Source of the DNA: Mobula hypostoma
Taxonomy: Eukaryota
Reading direction: 5' to 3'
NCBI RefSeq assembly: GCF_963921235.1
Contig: NC_086097.1
Location: 235,416,001 to 235,480,000, forward strand
Length of the DNA: 64,000 nt
The stretch's first letter is position 1, and the number at the start of each line of letters is the position of its first letter. This document shows, piece by piece, positions 50,425 through 62,887 of the stretch. The notes under the pieces are model-generated. The model saw only the letters and a list, made by a program, of their open reading frames with translations, ran no database searches and had not been told where the DNA came from. Made by a program: the position numbers and the translations under genes.

Positions 50425-50670
50425 TTTTATTTAGACACACAGCTCTGTATCAAGTTCTTCCGGCCCAACAAGCCCGTACGTTCCAGTTACACACATGTGA
50501 ACAACTAACCTGTAGATCTTTGGAATGTGGGAGAAAATGGGAGCACCCATAAGAAAACAGCATGGTCCTAGGGAGAACGTACAATGTCCTTACTGGCAGT
50601 AGCAGAGTTGGTCCTGGGTCACTGGTGCTGTAATAGCATTACACCAGCCGCTACACTGCGTGCCATCCCA
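50425..50670 (-). mobile_element. tRNA-derived HE1/V-SINE-like SINE (decayed)
   Basis: TTGTACGTTCTCCC..GGGTGCTCC core on the minus strand. Confidence 0.65.
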
Positions 50671-51139
50671 ACCACTTGCACTTACTTGTGGCAGAATGCT
50701 GCTGTTGTTCATGGTGATAAGAAGCAAGTGGCCAATCGGGCTGCAACCCTTCATTAGGGCTGGAAAAAGCAGATAAGAAGTCAAAGTAAGAAGGCTGGGA
50801 TAGAGGAGGAAGTAGTACAAGGTAGTAGGTGAGAGGTGAATCTGTGAGAGGGGGAAGGGTGAAGTAAAGAGCTGGGAAGTTGAATGGTGAAAGAGATAAA
50901 GGGCTGGGGAAGGGGGAACCTGATGGGAGAGGACAGAAGGCCACGGAAGAAGGGGAATGGGGAGGAGGACCAGAGGGAGGTGAAGGGCAGGTAAAGAGAT
51001 AAGATGAGAGACATAAGTGGGAGTGGAGAATGATGAAGGGGGAGGGCAATTACCAGAAGTTTGAGACATTGATTTCCAGCATCTGCAGATTTTCTCTTGT
51101 TTGTGATTCTACAGCATTGGCTGCTGCTTCAGTACCGCT

Positions 51140-51670
51140 GTTGGTTTATTATTGTTACATGTACCAAGATACAGCGAAAAAGCTTGTCTTACACATTGTT
51201 CATTCGGATCAAGTTATTATACAGTGCATTGAAGTAGATTAAGGTAAAACAATAATAATGCAGAGTAAAATATGAAGGCTGTCAAAAATGTGCAGTGCAG
51301 ATAGGCAATAAAGTGGAAGATCATAACAAGGGAGATTGTGAGGTCATGAGTTCTTATTGTACGAGCAGTCCATTCAAAAGTCTGATAACAGAGGGACTGA
51401 AGCTGTCATTGAGCCTGGTGTTACATGCTTTCAGGTTTTTGTACCTTCTCTTCATCGGGGTAAGGGAGAAGAGAGAACGTCTGGGAAGGACGGTGCCTTT
51501 GATTATATTGAGCGCTTTAATGAGGCAGCGAGAAGTACAGTCAGAGCCAATGCAGAGGATCTTGGTTCCCTTGATGTGTTGAGTTATGTCCACAACTCTC
51601 AACGGTTTCTTGCATCCACACGCAGAGCTGTTCCCATTCCAAAACATTATGCATCCAGACAGAATGCTCA
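51140..51670 (-). mobile_element. Rex1-like LINE 3' end
   Basis: RRYKNLKACNTRLNDSFSPSVIRLLN. Confidence 0.8.
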
Positions 51671-52330
51671 TTGTTATAAAATGGACACTAACAGCAAATC
51701 GATGTTTTCTCTGCAACACACAGAAAAGTCTTGACCTCCACCAGCTGGCTGGAAATGGGCAGAAAATACTTGCATTCTCTGACAGCAACAAGGTAACTGT
51801 CAAACTACACACCGTCTTACTTCAGAAAATATTGCTAATCCTTTTATGACATCTTCTAGTTTCTAGTCCCAGCTCTGACCGCTCTTTTTTGTAACTACTT
51901 TTGGGCAGTCTGCAGAAAAAGGACACTGAGCTGAACAGTACTGCTGTTTGCGCGAGGGGGAGAGAGGGTTTGACATTTGATGTCCTTCTTTGTAGGGGTT
52001 AGTTCCATGGTTCTTCTTTGTTTCGTGACTGAGTGGGGAAGACAAATTTCAGGGTTTTATACTGCATTATTACTTTAATAATAAATATACTATGAAGCTT
52101 TGATTCTTTTCTGCTTTTTCACTTACCATGTTGGTAATAACAGAATGGGAATTCCTCCAACAGATGCACGCCGGCACATCAGGAAGGCAGCTACTCGGTA
52201 TCCTCAATGGAGTCAAGGAACAATCATTGCATGCTAACCTCCCAGTGATGCTAATTACTCAACAGTTAACAATAAAGATAACATTTGATAACAAATAATA
52301 TTACCATTAAACTGCACCTTATCTCCCATA

Positions 52331-52560
52331 AACAAAAACAACAGGAATTCTGCTGATGCTGGAAATTCAAGCAACACACGTCAAAGTTGCTGGTGAACGC
52401 AGCAGGCCAGGCAGCATCTATAGGAAGAGGCGCAGTCGACGTTTCAGGCCGAGACCCTTCGTCAGTCCTGACGAAGGGTCTCGGCCTGAAACGTCGACTG
52501 CGCCTCTTCCTATAGATGCTGCCTGGCCTGCTGCGTTCACCAGCAACTTTGATGTGTGTT
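52331..52560. mobile_element. Palindromic Penelope pseudo-LTR insertion
   Basis: Arms 52373-52465 and 52468-52560 (one mismatch seen); 14-bp TSD CCTTATCTCCCATA at 52317-52330 and 52561-52574. Confidence 0.93.
52464..52499 (+). ncRNA. Minimal type I hammerhead ribozyme motif
   Basis: AGTC-CTGACGA-AGG..CCT-GAAAC-GTC-GACT: CUGANGA and GAAA cores, GUC cleavage triplet, helix I AGTC/GACT; the known form in Penelope-like elements. Confidence 0.75.
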
Positions 52561-52635
52561 CCTTATCTCCCATAGATCTCTTGAACACAAAAATAAATAC
52601 AAGAACCAAAGTAATCAAATTTTCCATCTAAAAAT

Positions 52636-53050
52636 CGAAGTTCAAATTATTATCAAAGTATGTAGATATCACATTTTCTACCCTGAGATTCATTTTCATG
52701 TAGGCATTCATAATAGAACAAAAGATTCAATAGAATCGGTGACACACCGAGATTGTGCAACCAATGCGCAAAGACAAACTGTGCAAATACAAAACAAATA
52801 ATAAGTAAATAAATAATACTGAGAACATGAGTTGTAGAGTCCTTGAAAGTGAACTCATTCAGAGTTGAGGTGAAAGAACTTATCCACACTGTTTCAAGAA
52901 CCTGATAGTTGAAGGGTAATATCTATTTCTGAAACTGGTGGTGAGGGATCTGAAACTCAAGTATCTGCTTCCCGACGGCAGCAGTACGAAGAGAGCATAG
53001 CTTGGATGGAGAAGGTCTTTGATGATGGATGCTGCTTTCTCGAGGCAGCA
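52636..53050 (-). mobile_element. Rex1-like 3' UTR fragment
   Basis: Similar to 440-780 and 57190-57620. Confidence 0.7.
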
Positions 53051-54959
53051 TTGGTTTTAGATTCAGTTGCTCCAACTCCAGGCAGTGGGAGAAAACGATT
53101 GTCAGTCTCAGAGAGAATCGTAGATTTAGTCTCCATGGAAGCACTGCCACTTCCTGGGACAGGTACTCAACAAATTCAGAAGTTCAGCAGCAATTTGCAA
53201 TGTGTAATAAATGTCTTTGACTTTCACATCGTGTGATCAAACGATAAATTGCAGGCAACTTTTCTGCTTAAATTTCAGAACTTGCAGAAACCATGCCTGC
53301 AGATTTAAAAAAAAAATTATTCTACAATGCAACATTCATACTGACTGTCAATTTCCTTGTTCAATGCACCAAGTTAGCATTGTGCAGCTTTTTCCCTGAC
53401 CTGTGGAAATGTAAAAATGAACAACACCAACATTTTATACAATAACTCTCAATAAGACATGTTTCTTGTGCGACTCATTGACTATAAAAAGGAAATTGTA
53501 AAGTTGTTAAGCAGAAAATGATATTTATCCACCAAAAAGGGAGGCAAAAGGATGTATCATTACAATTCTGCCTCTTAAAATTCTAGTACACTTCTTGCAT
53601 CGCATTAATCACCAAAACAAGCTAATATTAATGTTTTATTTCTCTTTGGTTCTTGAAAAACAATCCAAAATTTGAATGCTACCATTAATTTAGCTCATCT
53701 TTCATTAAAGTCTATCCAATACTAAATCCACAATTAATCATAAATATTAGAAAAATAATTTTAGTTGTGCTCATATAATTCTTGCTCCTCCAAATTTACC
53801 AATATTTCAAACAATGGAAATCTAGCTGCACAGTATTAACGAAGGCTTAATTTGTCACACAGCCTTTACATATTGAATTGTTAATAACATTCAGATTGGT
53901 CCATTTGCAGGAACTCAGCAGGTTAGGCAGCATCAACGGGAAAGAATAAACAGTTGAAGTTTCAGGCCGACACCCTTCTCCAGGACTTGTAGCTTCACTT
54001 AATTAATCAAGATATGGTTGCAAAAGAAAACAAATATAGGTTTAAAACAAGTAATTTTTAACTGACTTGTTATAAAACAAATTGATAATATATCAAAAAA
54101 AATTGAATATCCAACCACAATGATTCTGACACTCATTACAGCTGCCCATTGCAAATGGGTAACTTATGAACACCCAGTCACGTGCGTGGGCTCCCATAAT
54201 ATTAAATTCAAAATCTGACATACGAGCGTATGTTGGTTCCTATGTACAGCAAAACTAGTTGCTTTTCTCTTCAATGTAGTAAATATTCTTTTTTGTCAGC
54301 CTTATGTGTCTTTGATACCACCATCGTTACAATTCTGTGGAGATGCCGTTGCCATATCAAATGAGTTTTGTGTGTTTTCCCTGATTTTTCAACAAAATTA
54401 ACTTATGGACCTATATACTGTAAAAAAGAATCTATTTATTAGTGGGGGTGGTCTGGGTTAATATGACCCAGTGTTAACCAACACTATGCATACATTGAAC
54501 TGTATGACATGTTTTTAAATTTATATTAAGAGACCTAATTATGCACGAAATGCAGGAGAAAATGCCTGACAGCCAGATCAGGTGGTTGGCAGTAAACTGG
54601 ACTGACCCAAATTCTGCACTCTTACTTAGTCCTCATTCATTATTTCCCCAAGGAATTTAAAAAAACACATTGTAAGGCTGGAGTTAGGTGCAATCAATAC
54701 TTGGTCAGAGTGGCAGGTTCCTTTTGGGAGAATGTTAGTGAACTAGTTAGGTTGCTATGACAACCTAAGAATGTTAAATTATAATTTTTCTGCCACTTAT
54801 GCAGTTACCATGGGATAATATTAATTCTCTGTAGTCAGGTTACTAGTCCATGACAAAAAGTATAAGAAAAATTGTGGATGCCGGGAACTAGGAAAGAAAT
54901 ATGGGGATCCACTTCCCAGACTCATAATCTAGCAACCCTCTGCAGCTTTCCTCATCAGG

Positions 54960-56335
54960 AGATTGCGAGAATGATCCTGGAATGAAAGGGTTAACGTACG
55001 AGTAGTGTTTGATGACTCTGGGCCTACAGTCGCAGAAACAGAATGAGGGGGGAAATGAGGAATAACTCCTTTAGCCAGAGGGTGGTGAATCTGTGACCGA
55101 AGGAACTTATTCTAGCTGGAGATCTGTGATTAGTGGTGTTCTGCAGGGATCTGTACTAGGGCCTCAGCTATAAATGACCGGGATGATAATATAGATGGGT
55201 GGATTAGTAAGTTTGCATATGATATGAAGATTGTTGGTGTTGTGTGCAACATAGAAGATCTGCAAAGAATACAGGGGCATATCGATCAGTCGCACATATG
55301 GGTGGAGAAATCACACATGCTGTTAAAACCTGGACAACTGTGAAGTATTCCACCTTGTTAAGTCAATGTAAAAAGACTGCACTGTTAAAGACTAGACCCT
55401 TAACAGTGTTAATGAGCAGAGTGATCTCAGAGTTCAAGTTCATTGCTCTCGGAAAATGGCTACACACGTTGACAAGTTATTTAAGAAGGCGTACGGCATG
55501 CTTGCATTTATTAGTCAAGGTACTGAGTTCAAAAGTCAATAAGTTATGTTACAGCGTTATGAAACTTAATTAGACAGCATCTAAAGTATTGCATATAGTT
55601 CTGATTGCTTCATTACAAGGTTGTTGAAGCTTTGAAGAGAATGCAGAGGAGGTTTACCAGGATACTGCCTATTTTAGCAGGTACATGCTATAATAAGAGG
55701 GTGGACAAACTTGGATTGTATTCTCTGGAGAGGCAGAGGCTTAGGGGATACCTGATAGAGATACAGTATATAAAATTATGAGAGGCATAGATAGAGTAAA
55801 CAGACAGATCTCTTTCCTTTATTGGTAACCTAAGACCGGAGGGCACGCATTTAAATTGAGGGGGGTAAGAGCAAAGGCAATGTGCGGGGCAGGTTTCTTT
55901 ATACTGAGAGAGGTGGGTGCTTGTAATGCGTTGCCCAAAGTGGTGGTAGAGGCAGATACAGTGAGGACTTCTACAAGACGGTGGTGAGGAAAATGGAAGG
56001 ATATGATCATTGTGTAGGCAGAAGGGATTAGTTGGCTATTTGATAACTAATATACAGTAATTGGTTCAGCACAATATTTTAGATGAAAGGGCCTGTTCCT
56101 GTACAGTACTGTTCCATGTTCTTCGTTCATTGCCACAGATAGCTGTGGAGGCCAAGTCATTGGGTATATTTTAAAATGGAGATTGATAGGTTCTTGATTA
56201 GTGAAGATGTCAAAGGTTGCAGAGAGAAGGCAGGAGAATGGGTTTGAGGGGGATAATAACTCAGCCATGATCGAATGGTGGAGCAGACTTGATGGGCTGA
56301 ATGGCCAAATTCTGCTTCTATTGTCTTATGGTTTA
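54960..56335 (+). mobile_element. Nested, heavily decayed CR1 3' fragments
   Basis: Degenerate [14 protein letters not shown] region and CR1 3' UTRs. Confidence 0.8.
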
Positions 56336-56867
56336 ATTGGCAGGACCCACACCATCTCCCGCTGGGGGAAATTAGCACGCGAAATGCAGTTAGGAATTAC
56401 AGCAACAACAGCATTGTCAGCCCACTTCGGCAGCTGGTGAATATACATTTAAATAATCAAATGCTGTAAATCTGGATTTTGTTTTTAAACGCCGGTCTCT
56501 GGAACCATGATGATAAAATTATTGGACAGGAGATAATGTAGAGGCAGGAAATCAGAAGTAACACAGAAAGATACAGGGGGAGTTAAATGAGGCAGGCCAT
56601 TTCCATGGAGGGAAATAGACAGTCAGTGTTTCCAGTTGAGACTTTTTATCAGAACTGTCATAAAATGGAAGAAACTCCTCACATGGTTCCTGAATGTTCA
56701 TCAAGGAAGAAAACCCAGCATGCTTGCCCACTCTGGCCTTGTTGTGAATCCAGTCCACCAACAGGTTGACATCTTATTGTTTTCTTGTTTCAGGACCAAT
56801 CAGGATAGATAATAAATGCTGTCATTTTCCAGTAACAAAGTTCAAAGAAAATTTATGGACAAAGCTT

Positions 56868-57179
56868 ATTTATTATAGGCATCCGTTAGTCTCGTGAGAC
56901 CACGGATTTGCGTCTTGGAAGGTTTTCAGGGCGCAGGCCTGGGCAAGGTTGTATGGAAGACCGGCAGTTGCCCACGCTACAAGTCTCGCCTCTCCACGCC
57001 ACCAATGTTGTCCAAGGGAAGGGCACTAGGACCCATACAGCTTGGCACTGGTATCGTCGCAGAGCAATGTGTGGTTAAATGCCTTGCTCAAGGACACAAC
57101 ACGTTGCCTCAGCCAAGGCTTGAACTCGCGACCTTCAGATCACTAGATGAATGCCTTAACCACTTGGCCACGCGCCAAC
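56868..57179 (-). mobile_element. tRNA-derived SINE with an RTE-type 3' tail
   Basis: A box TGGCCAAGTGG and B box GAGTTCAAGCC; tail GGTCTCACGAGACTAACGGATGCC matches the RTE end at 11448-11471. Confidence 0.85.
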
Positions 57180-57816
57180 ACTTGAACAAGGTACGTGCTG
57201 TATAGTTCAGCAAAACACTACCCTCAGACTCATTTTTGCAGGCTTTCACAGTAGATGTGAACAAACACAATAGAAGCAATGAAAACTATAGACAAAGAAG
57301 GACAGGTAAACAATGAGCAAGAGACAAACTGTGAAAATACAAATAATAATAGTGTTAAATAAGTAGTAAATAATATTGTGAACATGAATTATAGAGGTCT
57401 TGAAAGTGAGTCAGCAAGTTGTGAACTCAGTTTAGTGTTGAGGTGAGGGAAGTTATCCACACTGTGCTGTAATTGTTATATGGTTATATGTTTCAGGAGC
57501 CTAATATTGAAGGGTAATAACTACCCCAGGTGCTGTGGGACCCTGGACTCCTCTACCACCTTTCCAATGGGAGCAGCAAGATGTCAGCCTAGCCTGTTAG
57601 GTGGGGGTTCTTGATGTTAGATTTCCTGTATGAATAAATCATAAGTGTGAAATCAGAATCACAAACATGAAATTCTGCAGATGCTGGAAATCCAGAGTAA
57701 CACACACAAGATGCTGGAGGAACTCAGCAGGTCTGACAGGATCTGGAAAGCAATAAAGGGTCCAAGTTTCAGGCCGAGACTATTCACCAGGACCAGAATC
57801 AGGCTTATCGAATTTC

Positions 57817-58090
57817 GGGCGGCATGATAGCGTAATGGTTAGCAGTACAGGTGATCCAGATTCAATTCCTGCCGCTGCCTGTAAGGAGTTTGTATGTTCT
57901 CCCTGAGATTGCGCAAGTTTCCTTTGGGTGCTCTGATTTTTTCCCTTCACGGTCCAAAGACGTATCGGTTTGTCGGTTAATTAGTCATTGTGAATTATCC
58001 CGTGATTAGGCCACAATTAAATGGGGGATTGCTGGGCGGCACAGCTTGAGCAGATGAAAGGGCCTAGTCCACATTGTATGTCAATAAATA
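57817..58090 (+). mobile_element. HE1/V-SINE-like SINE
   Basis: tRNA-like head and TGTAAGGAGTTTGTATGTTCTCCC core. Confidence 0.8.
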
Positions 58091-58996
58091 AAATTATTGT
58101 CACTGGCATAAATTGTGAAATTTGTTTTCTGGCAGCAGTACAGTACAGGCATAATAATTACAATAAGTTGCAATACAAGTATTATCAGAATCTGGTTTAA
58201 TATTACTGGCATATGTTGTGAAATTTGTTGTTTTGTGGCTGCAGTACATTGCAATACACAATAATAAAAAAAACTATTAATTGCAATAAGAAGATTGAAA
58301 GATTAATTTATTATCAAAGCATACAACTCTGAAATTCTTCAATTCTCCGTATAGCCATGATACCAAGAAAGAAAAGGAAAGTAGAACAATCGTCAACTTC
58401 CAAATCCCATCTCCCTATAAAAAAAAATGTACAAAGGTGGATCAGGCACATCAGCTCCCAAATCCCTTCTCCAGCACAAAATCCGAGCAGAACAGACAAG
58501 GCACGTTGACCCCCAGGCGCTCCCTCCTGCGCAAAAAAAAACAAACCAGACACATCCGCCCCGCCCATCCAAATTGTTCCTCCCGCACAAAAACGAATCG
58601 AGCACATCGGCTCCCAAATCCCCCTCCCCACACAAAAGTAGTTCGTATATATATATAAATTCAATTAAGTAGTGCAAAAAGAAAGGGAAAAATAACGAGG
58701 AAGAGATCATGGGTTCACTGTCCATTCAGAGGTCAGATGGAGGGGAATAAACAGTTCATGAAACATTGAATATGTATCTTCAGGCTCCTGTACCTTCTCC
58801 TTGATAGTAGCAATGGGAAGAGGGCACGTCCTTCACGATGGATGCTGCCTTTTTGAGACATTACCTTTCAAACGTGCCCTGGATGCTGTGGAGATGTGTG
58901 CCCATGATGGAGCTGCCCGAATTTACAGCTTTTTGCAGCTTTTTCTGATTTCGTGCAGTGGTCCCTCTATACCAGATGGTGTTGCAACTAGTTAAT

Positions 58997-59257
58997 TTTA
59001 TTTATTGATATACAGCTCGAAACAGGTCCTTCCAGCCCTTCTGCATCGCCCAGTAACCCTTGATTTAATCCCCGCCTAATCATGGGACAATTTACAACGA
59101 TCGATTAACCTACCAACCAGTGCATCCTCAGACCGTGGGAGGACACCCACACAGCCACGCAGAGAACATACAAAGTCCCAACAGGCTGCTGTGGGAATTG
59201 AACCCAGGTCAGTGGAAATGTAAAGTGTTGTGCTAACCACTATGCTACCGTGCTGCC
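58997..59257 (-). mobile_element. HE1/V-SINE-like SINE
   Basis: GGGCAGCACGGTAGCATAGTGGTTAGC head and GGGTTCAATTCCC B box. Confidence 0.8.
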
Positions 59258-59299
59258 CTCCCACACAAAACAGAACAAGCACATGGGCAATGCTCTCCA

Positions 59300-60235
59300 C
59301 AGTGCATCTGCAGAAATGTACTTAGAGCGCGTCCTTTGTCTTTGTTGAAATTTTTAGTCTTTCGTCTTATTTCAATGGCTTCCTTCTCCAGGCTGTGAAG
59401 CTGGAGACACAGCTCAGACTTTGCTGTGCCAGTGGCTTTTAGGACCACCTGGTGAAAGAAGCCAATGAAGCCAATGGTGAAAGAAGCCAAACTCAGTTAC
59501 AGAGAAAGGTTGAATAGATTAGGACTTTATTCTCTGGAGCGTAGAAGAATGAGGGGAGATTTGATAGAGGTATATAAAATTATGATGGGTATAGATAGAG
59601 TGAATGCAAGCAGGCTTTTTCCACTGAGGCAAGGGGAGAAAAAAACCAGAGGACATGGGTTAAGGGTGAGGGGGGAAAAGTTTAAAGGGAACGTTAGCGG
59701 GGGGCTTCTTCACACAGAGAGTGGTGGGAGTATGGAATGAGCTGCCAGACGAGGTCGTAAATGCGGGTTCTTTTTTAACATTTAAGAATAAATTGGACAG
59801 ATACATGGATGGAGGTGTATGGAGGGATATGGTCCGTGTGCAGGTCAGTGGGACTAGGCAGAAAATGGTTTGGCACAGCCAAGAAGGGCCAAAGGGCCTG
59901 TTTCTGTGCTGTAGTTTCTATGGTTCTATGGTTCTATGGAAATAAGACTATATAAGAATTCCGACAAAGATATTTGTCTCGCTCCAGGAACTGGAATGCG
60001 ATTTTAAACAAGATGGGGCAGCAGAAGGCTGACTGGTTGAGGACTAGCTAATCAGGAGGGACAGATGACGGGAGCTGAGTGAAAATACCACCAGACTAGA
60101 CATGCCTAGACATCATCCCTGATGAAGGTGGCGGACTTAGTCTTTGAAACGTCAGTTAAAATCAAAACCTGGATCTGGCTGGAAGCGCAAGAAGAATTTA
60201 TGCATCATATATGCCGGGAAAGCGCAAGAACCTTT
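59300..60235. mobile_element. Penelope fragments in both orientations around a CR1 3' end (59490-59940, +)
   Basis: KEAIEI..NFNKD motif; CR1 tail (TTCTATGG)n; hammerhead-like CTGATGA..GAAACGTC at 60119-60153. Confidence 0.75.
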
Positions 60236-60807
60236 TTCAATTGATAGATCATTCAAATAACTAATGGTAGATGAGGAAAAAGTTTTCTTGTGTGTCATTG
60301 ATTATGGGTCTTCATGCTCCTATACTACCTCTCTAATGTTAGTAATGAGAAGAGGGCCTGTCCCAGATGTTGAGTGCTTATGATGGGTGCCACCTTCTTG
60401 AGACACTACATTTTGAAGATGTCCTCAACAGTGAAGAGGCTTGTGCCTGTAATGGAGATCACCCCTGAACCCTCATATGATCCTATGCAATGGCACCTCC
60501 ATACATTATACTCTGCACATTATGGCTGCTATACATTTACTGTGCAGGCAAAACTTGAGTCAGTGGGGATAATAGATACCTGTTAGAGTTATCAAATCCT
60601 TTGCCACAACCAATGATTTTTTTTTTTTAAATCTCCTGTGGAATTAAATAGCACAGAGTCCACAATTCCTTGGTCCATTTCAAAGCATTGGATGTCTGGA
60701 ATTTTCTTTGGAGCATTTTGATAACTTCTTTTGGATTCAACTGTTTTTGATCCAAGGTTCTTTGGGAAGTCAAAAAAAAAAGGCACAAAGCTTTTTGAAA
60801 CAAAAAC

Positions 60808-61160
60808 AGTAGAAAACCTATAGCACAATACAGGCCCTTCGGCCCACAAAGCTGTGCCGAACATGTCCTTACCTTTGAAATTACCTAGGGTTACCCATAG
60901 CCCTCTTTTTCTAAGCTTCATATATCTATCCAGGAGTCTCTTAAAAGACCATATCATATCCACCTCCATCACTGTCACTGGCAGCCCATTCCATGCACTC
61001 ACCACTCTCTGTGTAAAAATCTTACCCCTGACATCTCCTCTGTACCTACTTCCAGGCACCTTAAAACTGTGTCCTCTTATGTTAGCCAATTCAGCCCTGG
61101 GGAAAATCCTCTTACTATCCACACAATCAATGCCTCTCATCATCATATACACCTCTATCA
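60808..61160 (-). mobile_element. CR1 3' end
   Basis: Similar to 14440-14800. Confidence 0.9.
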
Positions 61161-62424
61161 CTATCATTTAATTAAATGCAAACTTAGAACAAAGAGGATT
61201 GGAAACTGAGAGTAACAGCAGTCTCATAGGGGAAAGAGTACAAGTAGTAAAGAGAATAAAGACTAGGGATGGTGGGGTAACGTAGTCAATCCTTTCTATA
61301 CTATAGAATAAAAAAATCCATTCAAATATGTAGATAGGAGCTAAATAATCAGAAAGCCCCTCTTCAAATAATGCTATACCAGAGAACTTTCCATAACTTG
61401 CAAAGAACAGTAGCTATTAGGGGACACACTGAAGAATTGCATATACATACTGTGACCACTAGGAAACATATGAAACAGTTACACACCTATAGGTAGTTAT
61501 ATAAAGTATAATCAGGTAAAGTTAAGCTGTACAGATGGTAATGTAACAATTATATAATTCAATCTAACACTTAAATTTGCAATGGTTATTGGAAAGAGTC
61601 AGCTAGTACTGAAGAAACATTCTGTTCAATGAAAAGATGCTGACAAGTTGCTTTCAGGTGTGAGTGGCCTGGCAAATCTTCCTCCTGGAATTGAATGTGA
61701 CTGACTGAATGAAGAGAGGGCACAAGTGAGAGGAAGATGAAGATGAAGGAAAACGAGTCCACCAGTCAACAGTGATTAATGAGTAACACCTTTACTTTAA
61801 CTTACATGAACTCTGGTACTTGAGACAACCTTGTCTTCGCTAAAGAAGTTGCAGCTAAAATCTGTGAACTGTTATAGAGATAATGACAATCTGAAAGCAG
61901 GTCAGGGCAGACTTTCCTGTGCTATCCGTCTTCTTGCAGACAACTCATGGACACATTAGCAAAACCTCAGAGTGCAATGCATGATTGCAACTGCACAAAT
62001 GCACAACACACTTGCAATAGTAGTAACATTGACAAAAGAAACAATATAGATCTCAGTTTCACTGGTCTCAGTGTTGCCTGCAATTGTGTCTTTGACCACC
62101 TGTTCTTTATTAGAAAGGAAAAGCAAATTTTATATAATATATTGTGCCTTACTGATACTAGGCTCCTGTATGTTCTTCGACATTGATCACTGAGTTTCCA
62201 ATAGTGGTGACACACGAGCTCAACTAGAAGAGTCACCTAGTCTGGGTTCAATTCTTGCCCGAGATGTTGCTTGCTTGGAGTTTGCACATTATACAACATA
62301 TAGCTTTCTTCCTACTTTTCAAGGATGTGTATAGGTTAATTGACCACTGTAAATTGCCTTTAGTGTGTAGTTGGGTGATATAGGCCTAGGGTAACTGGGT
62401 GTTTAATGACGTTTGTTTCTCTCC

Positions 62425-62770
62425 ATAAGATGATGAGAGGCATTGATCGTGTGGATAGTCAGAGGCTTTTTCCCAGGGCTGAAATGGCTGCCACAAGAGG
62501 GCAGAGGTTTAAGGTGCTTGGGAGTACATACAGAGGAGATGTCAGGGGTAAGTATTTTTATGAAGAGAGTGGTGAGTGCTGGGAATGGGTGCCGGCGACG
62601 GTGGTGGAGGCAGACACAATAGGATCTTTTAAGAGACTTTTGGATAGGTACATGGAGCTTAGAAAAATAGAGGGCTATGGGTAACCCTAGTAATTTCTAA
62701 GGTAGGAACATTTTCGGCACAACTTTGTGGGCTGAAGGACGTGTATTGTGCTATAGGTTTTCAATGTTTG
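62425..62770 (+). mobile_element. CR1 3' end
   Basis: Similar to 14450-14800. Confidence 0.9.
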
Positions 62771-62887
62771 TAAATTAAAGACAAAGATGACCCTGTATCC
62801 AGCTCAGTTTTCAGTACTACACCAGTCACATCTGTTGTGATCCAGATTTTGTGATCTGCTTTAGAAATGCTATGTAGTTCTAGGCAT

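Noticed and set aside
57105..57179. tRNA gene
   Set aside because: The A/B boxes belong to a SINE head that continues into a SINE body and LINE tail.
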